Shown one piece after another: positions 7,854 to 24,030 of a DNA stretch of 64,000 bases. The notes below the pieces were generated by a model that was not told the origin of the DNA, made no database searches, and worked only from the letters and a program-made list of their open reading frames with translations. The position numbers and the translations under genes were made by a program. The first letter of the stretch is position 1; each line of letters begins with the position of its first letter. Origin of the DNA: Candidatus Polarisedimenticolia bacterium (GTDB lineage: Bacteria; Acidobacteriota; Polarisedimenticolia; JACPZX01; DASXTC01). The stretch covers positions 2,332 to 66,331 of the forward strand of contig DATEEA010000030.1 in NCBI GenBank assembly GCA_035281445.1. Reading direction: 5' to 3'.

Positions 7854-9352
7854 CGCCCGGGGCCTTCCATCTGCCGGCGCCGGCCGGCCGCCCGCCAGGC
7901 GCTCGGCCCGCCGCGGTGATCGCCCCCCGCCGCCGGCGTCCTCCCCTGGGCCAGCGCCGCGGCGATGAGGGCGAGGTCCTTCAGGAGCTCCGCGCGCCCG
8001 CCGGCCAGCGGCGGGCGGCCGTTCATCTCCTCCACGAAGCGGGTGTGCAGCTCCCCGCGCACGAAGCGCTCGTCGCGCAGCGCCCTCTGGTGGAAGGAGA
8101 GCGTCGTGGGGACCCCGACCACCATGTACTCGTCGAGCGCCCTGAGCATCCTGGCGATGGCCTCGGCGCGGGTCTCCCCCCAGGCGACCAGCTTGGAGAT
8201 CAGGGGGTCGTAGTGGATCGGCAGGGCGTACCCTTCGTACACCCCGCTGTCGTCGCGGATCCCGGGGCCTCCGGGGACCCTCAGCCGCTCGATGCGTCCG
8301 GGAGCGGGGAGGAACCCGCGGTCGGGGTCCTCGGCGTAGATGCGGCACTCGATGGCCGACCCGCGCAGGGCGACGTCGTCCTGGCTCAGGCCGCTGGCCT
8401 CGCCGGCGGCCACCCGGAGCTGGGCCTTGACCAGGTCCACGCCCGTGACCATCTCGGTGACCGGGTGCTCGACTTGCAGCCGCGTGTTCATCTCCATGAA
8501 GTAGAAGCGTCCTTCGGCATCCACGAGGAACTCCACCGTCCCGGCCCCGCGGTAGCCCACGGCGTCGGCGGCGCGCACCGCCGCCTCTCCTAGCTGCTGC
8601 CTCCGGGCGGCGTCCACCATGGGAGAGGGGCTCTCCTCGATGAGCTTCTGGTGGCGGCGCTGGATGGAGCACTCGCGCTCTCCCAGGTGGATGGCCCCGC
8701 GCGCGTCGGCCAGCACCTGCACCTCGATGTGGCGGCCGCGCTCGATGTAGCGCTCCACGTACACGGCGGGGTTGCCGAACGCCGCCCCTGCCTCGGAGGC
8801 GGCCTGGGCGAGGGCCGACTCGGCCTCCCCCTCGGACCGGACCACGCGCATCCCGCGGCCGCCCCCTCCGGCCGCCGCCTTGATCAGCACCGGGTAGCCG
8901 ATGGCCGCCGCCTGGCTTCGCAGCTCGGCCGCCGAGGCCACCGGGCCCTCGGTCCCCGGGACCAGAGGGACCCCCGCCTCCTTCATGAGCTTGCGCGCCC
9001 TGACCTTGTCCCCCATGGCGGCGATGGCCTCCGCCGGCGGGCCGATGAAGACCAGGCCGGCCGCGGCGCAGGCCCGGGCGAAGGCGGCGTTCTCGGAAAG
9101 GAAGCCGTAGCCGGGGTGCACGGCCTCGGCCCCCGAGCGGCCGGCGGCGGCCACGATGGCCTCGATGGAGAGATAGGACCTGGACGCCTCGGCCGGCCCG
9201 ATGAGATAGGCCTCGTCGGCGTAGCGCACGTGCAGGGCGTCGCGGTCGGCCTCGGAGAAGACGGCCACGCTGCGCACGCCGGCCTCCCGGCAGGCCCGTA
9301 TCACCCGGACGGCGATCTCCCCCCGGTTGGCGATGAGGATCTTGTGGAACAT
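7850..9352 (-). CDS. accC: Biotin carboxylase (acetyl/propionyl-CoA carboxylase BC domain) with a ~45-aa C-terminal extension.
   Basis: MFHKILIANRGEIAVRVIRACREAG... is a canonical ATP-grasp biotin carboxylase. Confidence 0.9.
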   Translation of the reverse strand: MFHKILIANRGEIAVRVIRACREAGVRSVAVFSEADRDALHVRYADEAYLIGPAEASRSYLSIEAIVAAAGRSGAEAVHPGYGFLSENAAFARACAAAGLVFIGPPAEAIAAMGDKVRARKLMKEAGVPLVPGTEGPVASAAELRSQAAAIGYPVLIKAAAGGGGRGMRVVRSEGEAESALAQAASEAGAAFGNPAVYVERYIERGRHIEVQVLADARGAIHLGERECSIQRRHQKLIEESPSPMVDAARRQQLGEAAVRAADAVGYRGAGTVEFLVDAEGRFYFMEMNTRLQVEHPVTEMVTGVDLVKAQLRVAAGEASGLSQDDVALRGSAIECRIYAEDPDRGFLPAPGRIERLRVPGGPGIRDDSGVYEGYALPIHYDPLISKLVAWGETRAEAIARMLRALDEYMVVGVPTTLSFHQRALRDERFVRGELHTRFVEEMNGRPPLAGGRAELLKDLALIAAALAQGRTPAAGGDHRGGPSAWRAAGRRRQMEGPGR

Positions 9353-9372
9353 GGGGGGAGATGATACCTGAT

Positions 9373-10059
9373 TCAGCCGATGAACTTGTACCCGACCCTG
9401 TGCACGGTCACGATGAACTGCGGCTCGTCGGCCTTCCCCTCGATCTTCTTGCGCAGCTTGGCCACGTGCATGTCCACGGTGCGGGTGAAGGGGATCTGCT
9501 CGTACCCCCAGACGGCGTACAGGAGCTGCTCGCGGGCCACCACCTGCCCGCGGTGCTCGATGAGGTACTTGAGGAGCTGCAGCTCTCTCTGGGAGAGATC
9601 CACCGGGCGGCCCCCCTTGCGCGCCTCGTGCTTCTTGAAGTTCACGCTGACGTCGCCGAAGCTGTACGCCTCGAGGGCGGCCGCCCCCGCACCGCCGTTG
9701 GCCCTCCGCATCACCGCCTCGGCCCGGGCCATCAGCTCCATGAAGCTGAAGGGCTTGGTGACGTAGTCGTCGGCGCCCATCTTGAGCCCCAGGACCTTAT
9801 CGATCTCCTGGCCGCGGGCGGTCAGCATGATGATGGGGGTGGCCACACCGTCGGCCCGCAGCTTCCTGCAGACATCCAGGCCGCTCATCCGCGGGAGCAT
9901 CACGTCCAGGATGATCAGGTCCGGGGGCTCGGCCAGCGCCTGCCTCAGCCCGGCCTCCCCGTCGCGGGCCAGCGCCGGGGCGAACCCTTCGTACTCGAAG
10001 CCGTCTCGCAGCGCGATGGCCATGGACTCGTCGTCCTCCACGATCAGCACCCTAGGCAC
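9373..10059 (-). CDS. OmpR-family two-component response regulator.
   Basis: [26 protein letters not shown]...ILDVMLP is the receiver domain. The C-terminal winged helix contains VHRVGYKF. Confidence 0.9.
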   Translation of the reverse strand: MPRVLIVEDDESMAIALRDGFEYEGFAPALARDGEAGLRQALAEPPDLIILDVMLPRMSGLDVCRKLRADGVATPIIMLTARGQEIDKVLGLKMGADDYVTKPFSFMELMARAEAVMRRANGGAGAAALEAYSFGDVSVNFKKHEARKGGRPVDLSQRELQLLKYLIEHRGQVVAREQLLYAVWGYEQIPFTRTVDMHVAKLRKKIEGKADEPQFIVTVHRVGYKFIG

Positions 10060-11653
10060 CTGCTGTCTCCTCCACCGGCAGCCGTATGGCGAACCGGCTC
10101 CCCCTCCCCGGCTCGCTGTCCACGGTGACCGCCCCTTTGTGCGCCTGCACGATGTGGTTGACGATGGAGAGCCCCAGCCCGCTCCCCTTCACGTCGTGCA
10201 CCAGGCCCGTGCTCACCCTGTGGAACCGCTCGAAGATCTTGGTCTGCTCGTCGCGGGAGATCCCGATCCCCTGGTCCTTGACCGAGACCATGACGTAGCC
10301 GTTGTCCTGTCCCACCGCCACGTCGATGGCCCGGGCGGAGCCGGAGTACTTGACGGCGTTGTCCAGCAGGTTGCTGACCGCCTGGCCGATGGCGTCGGCG
10401 TCGAGCCACACCTTCGGCAGCGGGCGCTCAGGCTGGTCGAACCGTATCTCGAAGCCGCTGTGGCGCAGGCGCACCTCGAAGGTCTTCAGCGTCTCGCAGA
10501 CCACGTCGGTCAGATCGGCGCTCTCGAACCGGTAGGTCTTGCGCCCCGACTCGATCTTGGCGAAGTCCAGGATGTTGTTCACCAGCCCCGTCAGGCGGCG
10601 GCTCTCGGTCTCGATGTACTCGCCGTACTCGCTCACCTTGGCGGGGTCGGTGACCCGGCCCAGGCGCAGGAACTCTCCGAACACACGGATGCTGGCCAGC
10701 GGCGTTCGCAGCTCGTGCGACACGTTGGAGACGAAGTCGTTCTTCATCTGGGAGAGCTTCATCTCCCTCGACGCCGTCCTCAGGGCCAGCGCGACCCCTC
10801 CCAGCAGCACGACGGCGATGGCGGCCGACAGCCCCATGTTCAGCACGAAGTTGGCCTGGGCCCAGTCCTTCGGGTTCATGTCCTTGCTGGACAGCCCGAT
10901 GCGGTAGTCCCTGAAGACGAAGGCCATGGCGCGCTCCGCCTCGAACTTCTCCTCCAGCTTGTCCCGCTTGGCCCCCCGCACCACGACCCTCAGGTTCTTC
11001 TGGTCGGCCTCGGAGAAGAAGTACGGCATGGACTTGTCGATGACCTTGGGCAGGAGCCTGTCGCGGAAGAACCGGTGGTCGAGGATGAGCCCGGCCAGTC
11101 CCACCACGCGCGACTCGGCGTCCAGGACGGGGTGGATGATCAGCCGGTTCTCCGGGTCGCGCTCGTCCACCGACAGCGCCTCGGTCTCCACGACGTCGCG
11201 CTTCTCGCTGAGCATCCACCAGGGGGCGGCGGCCACGTAGATGGCGCGCTGCTCGGCGGCGCTGGCGGGGGGCTCCATCGCCGGGATGGAGGGCTCGTAC
11301 ACCAGGGCCTTCCCGTGGTCCTCTCGCACGAAGCTCAGCACGAAGAAGCGCTTCACCCCCAGGGGGCCCTTCTTCATGAACTTGTCGAAGTGGTAGGCCG
11401 CCTTGTCCAGGCGGTTCTCGATGAACATCCACGCGGGGAGGTTCAGGGCGGCCGTGGCCAGCTCCTTGTAGTGGTACTCGGACTTGGTGGCCACCGCCTC
11501 GAGGTAGTTCTTCAGGGTCGCCTCGTGGGCGATGGCGGACTTGGTCTGCAGCTCCACCAGCCAGCGGTACTGCAGGACGAGCATCACCGTCAGCGGCACG
11601 AGCACCGCCAGAAACCCCGCCCACAGCACGTGGCGCTTCAGGAAGGCCTTCAT
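10052..11653 (-). CDS. Sensor histidine kinase.
   Basis: An N-terminal transmembrane segment is followed by a periplasmic region and a second transmembrane segment. The H-box is [16 protein letters not shown]. The HATPase region contains LDNAVKYS and GSGLGLSIV. Confidence 0.9.
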   Translation of the reverse strand: MKAFLKRHVLWAGFLAVLVPLTVMLVLQYRWLVELQTKSAIAHEATLKNYLEAVATKSEYHYKELATAALNLPAWMFIENRLDKAAYHFDKFMKKGPLGVKRFFVLSFVREDHGKALVYEPSIPAMEPPASAAEQRAIYVAAAPWWMLSEKRDVVETEALSVDERDPENRLIIHPVLDAESRVVGLAGLILDHRFFRDRLLPKVIDKSMPYFFSEADQKNLRVVVRGAKRDKLEEKFEAERAMAFVFRDYRIGLSSKDMNPKDWAQANFVLNMGLSAAIAVVLLGGVALALRTASREMKLSQMKNDFVSNVSHELRTPLASIRVFGEFLRLGRVTDPAKVSEYGEYIETESRRLTGLVNNILDFAKIESGRKTYRFESADLTDVVCETLKTFEVRLRHSGFEIRFDQPERPLPKVWLDADAIGQAVSNLLDNAVKYSGSARAIDVAVGQDNGYVMVSVKDQGIGISRDEQTKIFERFHRVSTGLVHDVKGSGLGLSIVNHIVQAHKGAVTVDSEPGRGSRFAIRLPVEETAGA

Positions 11654-11839
11654 AGGCCGGGAATATACGCCCCCCGGAGTCTTCCGTTGGCTTCCGGCAG
11701 CGCCTCTTTACAGTCCGTTGACAACGGAGACACCTTTTTACCCTCATTTTAGGCCGTTTACTCCCCTGCCCCGTAAGATCCGCAGCGAAACGAGGGTTCG
11801 TCGCCGGCCGGACGGGCCCCCCTTGACGGGAGGTGCTGG

Positions 11840-12316
11840 ATGAAGCGTCGGGTCGCGTTGGCAGTTGCGGCCGTGCTGGCGATCGCGCCGGCGGCGATGG
11901 CGGGTGGAGACCACTACAAGTGCACCAAGGCCACCCAGGCCTGCCTGGACATGATGGCCCACGACATGAAGAACAGCGGGTGGGTGGGCATCGAGCTGGA
12001 CAAGTCCGAGGACGGCAAGATGCTGGTGAAGAAGGTCGTCTCCGGCAGCCCGGCGGAGTCGGCCGGCTTCAAGGAAGGGGACGTCCTGGTCGCCCTGCAA
12101 GGGCTCAAGTTCGCCGACGAGTCGAACAAGGAGGCCCTCAAGGCGGCCAAGAAGGCGATGGCCCCGGGCAAGGAGATCACCTACACGGTCCTGCGCGCCG
12201 GCGCGGAGAAGAAGCTGACCGCAACCCTGGCGCCGGTTCCTCAGGAAGTCCTGGCCCAGTGGATCGGCAACCATATGCTGGCGCACGCCGACAACACGGC
12301 GATCGCCCGCAACTGA
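11840..12316 (+). CDS. Secreted PDZ-domain protein.
   Basis: The signal peptide is MKRRVALAVAAVLAIAPAAMA. The PDZ core is VKKVVSGSPAESAGFKEGDVLVAL. Confidence 0.7.
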   Translation: MKRRVALAVAAVLAIAPAAMAGGDHYKCTKATQACLDMMAHDMKNSGWVGIELDKSEDGKMLVKKVVSGSPAESAGFKEGDVLVALQGLKFADESNKEALKAAKKAMAPGKEITYTVLRAGAEKKLTATLAPVPQEVLAQWIGNHMLAHADNTAIARN

Positions 12317-12324
12317 CGAAAACT

Positions 12325-12353
12325 GGAGGCGCCCTCGCCGGGAGGGCGCCTCC
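12325..12353 (+). terminator. Strong stem-loop after the PDZ gene.
   Basis: ggaggcgccctc-gccgg-gagggcgcctcc forms a perfect 12-bp stem with a 5-nt loop. No U-tract follows. Confidence 0.45.
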
Positions 12354-12375
12354 CCCAGCCAAGGACTCGAAACCC

Positions 12376-13689
12376 ATGACCCTCGCGACGGCATCCCTGG
12401 CGGCGGCCCTGGCCTTGGCCGCGGCCGAAGCTCCGCCCGCCCGGGCCTCCCTGGAGGAGAGCCTCCGCCGGGCCGAGGGGGCCATGCGCGAGGGGGCCTT
12501 TGCCGAGGCGGCCGACGCCTGGATGGAGGCGGCCCGCATGGTCCCGAACCACCCCGGGGTGCTGATCAGGGCAGGGGAGGCGCTGGCCCTGTCGGGCCGT
12601 CCTGCCGAGGGGCTGGAGTACCTCCTGCGGGCCGGCAGGCAGGGAGGAACCGGACATCTGGAGCGGATCGAGACGTCGTTCGCTTCCGCCGGCAGGGCCG
12701 ACCTCACCGCCGCCCTCGACCTGCTGCGGGCCAACGCCGGGGCGCTGGCGACCGGGACCGTGGCCTTCTCCCTGGCGGAGAAGGACCTCATACCGGAAAG
12801 CGTCGCCTACGACCCCCGGGAGAAGGTCTTCTACGTGGGGAGCCTGCACAAGAGGAAGATCGTGCGGGTGGACGCCTCCGGGGACGCCCGCGACTTCGTG
12901 CCCCAGGCGGGCTCGGGGCTGTGGAGCGTGCTTGGGATAAAGGTGGACCAGGAGCGCCGCGAGATCTGGGCCAACGCCTGCAACCTGGTCGACCCGGACC
13001 CGCCGATGGTGCCGGACGAGGCGGCGACCAGGGGCCGGACGGCTGTGTTCCGCTTCGATCTCGCCACCGGAAAGGTGGTGGCCCGCTACGAGAGCGGCAG
13101 CAAGGAAAGCCCCCTCTGCTTCAACGACCTGACCCCCGCCACCGAGGGGGCCTGGTACCTCTCCTCGGGGGCCGACGGCATCTTCCGGGTCGACCCGGGC
13201 AAGGGGACGCTGGAGCGCTTCGCCGCCTACGACGGGATGGTCAACGGCATCGCCGCCTCGGACGACGGGCGGCTGCTCTTTCTGGCCGATCACCGGCGCG
13301 GGGTGCAGGTGATGGATGTGGCCAGCCGGCAGGTGCGGGCGCTGCGTCTCCCCCCGGACGCCTCGCTGGCCGGGGTGGACGGCCTCTACGTGCGCGGCCG
13401 CACGGTGGTGGCGGTGCAGAACGCCCTGACCCGCGGCCTGGCCCGGGTCGTCTCGGCCGAGATGGACCCCGGGCTTGAGTCGGTCCTGTGCCTGAGGGTG
13501 CTCGACCGCAACCGCCCCGAGTTCGACGTCCCGACCACGGGGGTCCTGGTGGGCGGCGACCTCTACTACGTCGCCTCCAGCCAGCTCGATTCGTTCGACC
13601 ACGGCACTATCTGGCCGCTGGATCGCCTCAGGCAGAGCGTGGTGATCAGGACCCCTTACGCGCCGCGGTGCGGCGAGCAGGGAGCGTGA
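12376..13689 (+). CDS. Secreted TPR-like + beta-propeller (SMP-30/NHL-like) hypothetical protein.
   Basis: An internal ATG precedes MTLATASLAAALALAAA, a signal peptide. The track's longer N-terminus, 11833..13689, was rejected because it overlaps the PDZ gene. Confidence 0.55.
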   Translation: MTLATASLAAALALAAAEAPPARASLEESLRRAEGAMREGAFAEAADAWMEAARMVPNHPGVLIRAGEALALSGRPAEGLEYLLRAGRQGGTGHLERIETSFASAGRADLTAALDLLRANAGALATGTVAFSLAEKDLIPESVAYDPREKVFYVGSLHKRKIVRVDASGDARDFVPQAGSGLWSVLGIKVDQERREIWANACNLVDPDPPMVPDEAATRGRTAVFRFDLATGKVVARYESGSKESPLCFNDLTPATEGAWYLSSGADGIFRVDPGKGTLERFAAYDGMVNGIAASDDGRLLFLADHRRGVQVMDVASRQVRALRLPPDASLAGVDGLYVRGRTVVAVQNALTRGLARVVSAEMDPGLESVLCLRVLDRNRPEFDVPTTGVLVGGDLYYVASSQLDSFDHGTIWPLDRLRQSVVIRTPYAPRCGEQGA

Positions 13690-13691
13690 CC

Positions 13692-14012
13692 ATGCCCCGA
13701 GAGTCGGCGCCTTCCAGGCTCAAGATCGGGGCCTATCTGGCGGCCGGAGCGCTGGCCACCGGGGTGATCGGCCTGGGGAGCGCACCCTCCTCGCAGGACG
13801 GGCCGCGTGGCGTCGTGGTCCCGGCCGCGATGGCGGCGGCCGGCATCCTGGCCCCGGCGCAGGCCGCCGCGGCCGAGGAGGCGCCCCGCGCCCTCGTCCG
13901 CACCCGCGCCCCGGAAGCCGCGCAGCCGGGCCAGGAAGACGGCGTGCAGGGCGTGCAGGAGGCCGTGGCCCCGCGGCGGTGCGAGACACGGGTGAAGTCG
14001 AAGCGAGCTTGA
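13692..14012 (+). CDS. Small Ala-rich hypothetical protein.
   Basis: The ATG lies 3 nt after the previous stop. The sequence is low complexity and the call is weak. Confidence 0.25.
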   Translation: MPRESAPSRLKIGAYLAAGALATGVIGLGSAPSSQDGPRGVVVPAAMAAAGILAPAQAAAAEEAPRALVRTRAPEAAQPGQEDGVQGVQEAVAPRRCETRVKSKRA

Positions 14013-14128
14013 CCTGCCGGGTACGGGGGCCGTTGCGGCCGGCGGCGGCCTTCCTCGGCGGTCACACCGGCGCCGGTCCCCTTCCGGGCCACAGTCAGCC
14101 CGGAGGGGGGCCGGCGCCGGATGAAGCC

Positions 14129-15675
<1,547 letters not shown>

Positions 15676-15676
<1 letters not shown>

Positions 15677-16320
15677 CAGGCCTTGAGCTTCTTCCAGTCG
15701 GCCAGGAACTTCTCGCTGCCGATGTCCGTGAGGGGGTGCCTGAAGAGGGCGTCGAACACCTTGTGGGGCATCGTGGCCACGTCCGATCCGGCCAGGGCGG
15801 CCTCCAGCACGTGCACGGGATGCCGCACGCTGGCCGTCAGGATCTGCGTGGAGAAGCCGTAGTTGTCGAAGATGGTGCGGATGTCGCGGATGAGGTCCAT
15901 CCCCACGTGCGAGATGTCGTCGAGCCGCCCTATGAAGGGGCTGACGTAGGTGGCCCCGGCCTTGGCCGCGATGAGCGCCTGGGTGGCCGAGAAGCAGAGC
16001 GTGACGTTGGTCTTCACTCCCTGCGGGGCCAGCTTCCGCACGGCCATGATCCCTTCCTTGAACAGGGGGACCTTGACCACGATGTTCGGATGGATCTCGC
16101 GCAGCTCCAACCCCTGGCGCACCATCCCCTCGGTGTCGGGGACGGTCACCTCGGCGCTCACCGGACCGTCCACGATGGCGCAGATCTCCAGCAGCAGCTC
16201 CCGGAAGTTGCGCCCTTCCTTGGCCACCAGACTGGGGTTGGTGGTGATGCCGTCCAGGACGCCCGTGGCCGCGGCCTGCCTGATCTCCTCGATGCTTCCG
16301 GTGTCGAGGAAGAACTTCAT
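15676..16320 (-). CDS. tal: Short-form transaldolase / fructose-6-phosphate aldolase.
   Basis: [36 protein letters not shown]... is a 214-aa TalC/Fsa-type sequence. Confidence 0.9.
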
Positions 16321-18835
16321 GGCGTCTCCTCCTCTTTGGATTCCTTCTCCAGTTGGGCGAGCTCCTCGGCGGTCGGCTCGGGCGGAGCGATCTCCGGGCC
16401 CGCGTCGTCGCCCCGCTCCACGACCTTGGCGGCGGAGGCGATCTTGTCCCCCGCTTCCAGCACCATGAGGCGCACGCCCTGCGTGTTGCGGCCCACCACG
16501 CTGATCCGCTTGACCCGCATGCGGGCGACCATGCCCGACGTCGTGCTGAGCATGATCTGGTCTTCCTCGCCCACGGCCTTCACGCCGACGACCTTGCCGT
16601 TGCGCGCGGTGGTCTTGATGTCAATGATACCCATTCCGCCGCGGCTCTGCTTCCGGTAGAGCCCCACCTCGGTGCGCTTGCCGTACCCGTTCTCCGTGGC
16701 GGTGAGGATGTGCGTGGCCCCGGCCAGGGTGTCCATCTCCACCACGTCGTCGTTGGTTCGCAGCTTGATGCCGCGCACCCCGCGGGCGGCGCGGCCCATG
16801 GGGCGGACGTCGTCCTCGGGGAAGCGGATGATCTTGCCGTCGCGGGTGGCCAGGATGATGTCCTGGCTTCCGTCGGTGAGCCGGGCCGCCAGGAGGTCGT
16901 CCCCGGCGTCGATGGACAGGGCGATGATCCCATGGCTCCTGACGTTGGCGAAGGCCTTCAGCTCGGTCTTCTTCACCACCCCTTGCCGGGTGGCCATGGT
17001 GACGAACTTGCCGTCCTCGAAGTCCTTCACCGGCAGGACCGCCCGGAACTCCTCCCCCTCGTCCAGCTTGACGAAGTTCACCAGCGCCTTGCCGCGGGCG
17101 GCCGCGCCCACCTGCGGGATCTCGTGCACCTTGAGCCAGTGCAGCCGTCCCTTGTTGGTGAAGATCAGGATGTAGGAGTGCGTCGAGGCCACGAACAGGT
17201 GCTCCACGAAGTCCTCGTCCCGGGTGGTCATCCCGATGCGCCCCTTGCCGCCGCGCCCCTGCGTCCGGTAGATGTCCAGTGGAGTCCGCTTGATGTATCC
17301 GGAATGCGACACCGTGACCACCATGTCCTCCTCGGCGATCATGTCCTCCACCGAGATTTCCTCCACCTGCCCGACGATCTCGGTGCGCCGGTCGTCGCCG
17401 TAGGTGTCGCGGACGGCGCGCAGCTCGCCGGAGATGATGGAGAGCACCAGCTTCTCGCTGCCCAGGATCTCCTTGAGCCTGGCGATCAGGGCCAGCACCT
17501 CGGTCAGCTCGTCGAGAATCTTCTGGCGCTCGAGGCCGGTGAGGCGCTGGAGCCGCATGTCCAGGATGGCCTGGGCCTGGACGTCGGTCAGCTTGAGCTT
17601 GAAGCGAAGCTGCTCCTTGGCCACCTGGGGGCTGGCGGCGGCGCGGATGGTGGCGATCACCTCGTCGAGGTGGTCCAGGGCGATCTTGAGCCCTTCCAGG
17701 ATGTGGGCCCGATCCTGCGCCTTGCGCAGATCGAACTGGATCCGCCGGTAGACGACCTCCTTGCGGTGGGACAGGAAGGCGTCGAGCATCTCCCGCAGCG
17801 AGAGGACCCTGGGCTGGTTGTTCACGATGGCCAGCAGGATGACCCCGAACGTGTCCTGCATCTGCGTGAACTTGAAGAGGTAGTTCAGGATCGGCTGGGC
17901 CGGCTCGTCGCGCTTCAGGTCGAGCACGATGCGCATCCCTTCGCGGTCCGACTCGTCGCGGATGTCGGCGATGCCGTCCACCCGCTTGTCACGGACGAGC
18001 TGGGCGATGTGCTCGATGAGCCGCGCCTTGTTCACCTGATAGGGGATCTCGGTGATCACGATCCGCTCGAAGCCCTTGCGCTGAGCCTGCTCCACGTGGG
18101 CCCTGGCCCGCATGACGACCGTCCCGCGGCCCGTGGCGTAGGCCGACCGGATGCCGTCCAGGCCGTAGATGAGCCCGGCGGTGGGGAAGTCCGGCCCTTG
18201 GATGTGCTGCATCAGGTCCTGCAGCGTGCAGCGCGGGTTCTCGATGATGAGCAGCAGCCCCTCCACCAGCTCCCGCAGGTTGTGCGGCGGGATCTTGGTG
18301 GCCATCCCCACGGCGATGCCGTCGGCGCCGTTGGCCAGCAGGTTCGGGATGGCGGCGGGGAGCACCAGCGGCTCCTCGAGCGTGCCGTCGTAGTTGGGGA
18401 CGAAGTCCACCGTCTCCTTCTCCAGATCGCGCAGCATCTCCGAGGTCAGCCTGGCCATCCGGACCTCGGTGTAGCGCATGGCCGCGGGGGGATCGCCGTC
18501 CACCGACCCGAAGTTCCCCTGCCCGTCGATGAGCGGGTAGCGCAGGGAGAACTCCTGGGCCATGCGCACGATGGCGTCGTAGACCGGCGCCTCACCGTGA
18601 GGGTGGTACTTGCCGATGACGTCGCCGGCGATGCGGGCGGACTTCTTGTAGGGCTTGGTGTGGTCGTTGCCCAGGTCGTGCATGGCGTAGAGCACGCGGC
18701 GGTGGACGGGCTTGAGCCCGTCGCGCACGTCGGGCAGCGCGCGGCCGATGATGACCGACATGGCGTAGTCGAGATACGACTTGCTCATCTCGTCTTCGAT
18801 GTCGACCGGAACGATGCGATCCAGCTTCTCTTCCA

Positions 18836-18836
<1 letters not shown>
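16317..18836 (-). CDS. gyrA: DNA gyrase subunit A.
   Basis: [32 protein letters not shown] is the hallmark N-terminal sequence. 839 aa. Confidence 0.95.
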
Positions 18837-22479
<3,643 letters not shown>

Positions 22480-22731
22480 GGGGCCACCTCCGTTACGACG
22501 ATCTCTTTGAATGATGTTTCAAGGATCTGGATCGGATCAGCAGTAGTAGCAGGGGCTGTGGATCATCCGGGTAACGCCCGGACGCGAACGGCATCAGGCG
22601 CTTGCCCTGTTCAACGATCGCCGACTTTCGTCCGCCGCGGGCGCCGCCGGTTCCTGATTTCCTCGTGTCCGCGGGCGCCGGCGCAGTCGCGAACACCCTC
22701 CACGCCGAAGCGTCCACAGCGTCGGCCCAAG
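22480..22731. promoter_or_regulatory. dnaA-dnaN intergenic region, a candidate oriC segment.
   Basis: An AT-richer stretch ctctttgaatgatgtttcaagg is a possible DNA-unwinding element. A DnaA-box-like TGTGGATCA lies at ~22557-22565. Three GATC sites fall within 16 bp at ~22523-22538. Confidence 0.35.
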
Positions 22732-24030
22732 TCATTTCAGCGCCTCGATAAAGCTGTTGATCATCTTGTCGAAATCCCGCTCGAGGCTTCGCTTGGTCTC
22801 CACTTTCTTGATGGCGTGGATGACGGTGGAATGGTGCTTGCCCCCGAAGCGCTTGCCGATCTCCGGCAGCGACGAGTCGGTGAGCGCCTTGCAGAGGTAC
22901 ATGGCGATCTGCCGGGGGAACGCGATCTGCTTGGTGTTGCTCTTGGACTTGATCTCGGGGCCCCTCAGGTGGAAGTAGTTGGACACGTACTTCTGGATCG
23001 ATTCGATGGAGACACCCTTGCTGTCGTCCGCCAGGACGTCCTTCAGGACGTCCTTGGCCAGGGTGAGGTCGATCTCCCGGTTGGTGACCGAGGAGTAGGC
23101 CGCCACGCGGATGAGTGAGCCCTCCAGCTCCCGGATGTTGGACCGGACGCGGCTGGCGATGAACAGCGCGACGTCCTGCGGCACCACGACCTGGCGCTCT
23201 TCGGCTTTCTTGTTCAGGATGGCGACCTTGGTCTCCAGGTCGGGCGGCTGGATGTCGGCTATGAGCCCCCACTCGAAGCGGGACCTGAGCCGCTCTTCTA
23301 TCGTGGGAATCTCCCGGGGCGGGCAGTCGCTGGTGATGACGATCTGCTTCTGCGACTCGTAGAGGGAGTTGAAGGTGTGGAAGAACTCCTCCTGCGTCCG
23401 CTCCTTGCCGGCCAGGAACTGGATGTCGTCGATCAGCAACAGGTCGATCCCCCTGTAGCGCTCGCGGAAGTCGACGGTCTTCTCGAACCGGATGGAGGAT
23501 ATCAGCTCGTTCATGAACGTCTCGGTCGAGATGTAACGCTGCCTGAGCTGCGGCCGGGTCAGGGTGAGATGGTTGCCGATGGCGTGCATGAGATGGGTCT
23601 TTCCCAGCCCCACGCCTCCATAGATGTAGAGAGGGTTGTAGGTCAATGACGGCTGCTCGGCCACGCGCAGGGCCGCCGCGTGGGCCATCTCGTTGCTGGA
23701 GCTCACCACGAACGTGTCGAACGTGTACTTGGAGTTGAGGGGGGCGCTGGCCGGGGTGGCTTCGCCCGCCTTCCCCTCGAGGCCCTCGCGCTCCTTCTCG
23801 CCGTACACGAAGGCGAACTCCGCCTCGCGGCGCTCCAGGTCGCCTGCCGTTTCCTTGATGAGCTCCATGTAGTTCTTCGAAAGCCAGTTGGCGAACAACT
23901 CGCTGGGCACGGAGACGTAGATGGTCCTTCCTTCGTCGCGCGCCAGGGCTGTGGGGCGCAGCCAGGTAGCGAAGCTCCGCGGATTGACCTTCGCCTCGAG
24001 GTTGTCGAGGATCTTGTCCCAGATGTTCAT
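22732..24030 (-). CDS. dnaA: Chromosomal replication initiator DnaA.
   Basis: MNIWDKILDNLEAKVNPRSFATWLRP... includes the AAA+ Walker A GGVGLGKTHL and a C-terminal DNA-binding domain. 432 aa. Confidence 0.95.
   Translation of the reverse strand: MNIWDKILDNLEAKVNPRSFATWLRPTALARDEGRTIYVSVPSELFANWLSKNYMELIKETAGDLERREAEFAFVYGEKEREGLEGKAGEATPASAPLNSKYTFDTFVVSSSNEMAHAAALRVAEQPSLTYNPLYIYGGVGLGKTHLMHAIGNHLTLTRPQLRQRYISTETFMNELISSIRFEKTVDFRERYRGIDLLLIDDIQFLAGKERTQEEFFHTFNSLYESQKQIVITSDCPPREIPTIEERLRSRFEWGLIADIQPPDLETKVAILNKKAEERQVVVPQDVALFIASRVRSNIRELEGSLIRVAAYSSVTNREIDLTLAKDVLKDVLADDSKGVSIESIQKYVSNYFHLRGPEIKSKSNTKQIAFPRQIAMYLCKALTDSSLPEIGKRFGGKHHSTVIHAIKKVETKRSLERDFDKMINSFIEALK

Noticed and set aside
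7341-8672. 443-aa minus-strand ORF read as a single protein.
   Set aside because: Only the last ~170 codons (from MTARS) make a sensible protein, the BT/BCCP domain. The upstream part is an Arg-rich alternative frame of the biotin carboxylase gene.
11833-13689. 618-aa ORF spanning the PDZ gene and the TPR/propeller gene.
   Set aside because: Its N-terminal 180 aa is an alternative frame over the PDZ gene (11840..12316). An internal ATG at 12376 with a signal peptide gives a coherent separate protein.
22523-22538. Cluster of three GATC sites as evidence for Dam-type SeqA/Dam origin control.
   Set aside because: Dam/SeqA control is restricted to a narrow group of Gammaproteobacteria, and the gene content here does not suggest that lineage. 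I kept it only as a descriptive note under the origin finding.
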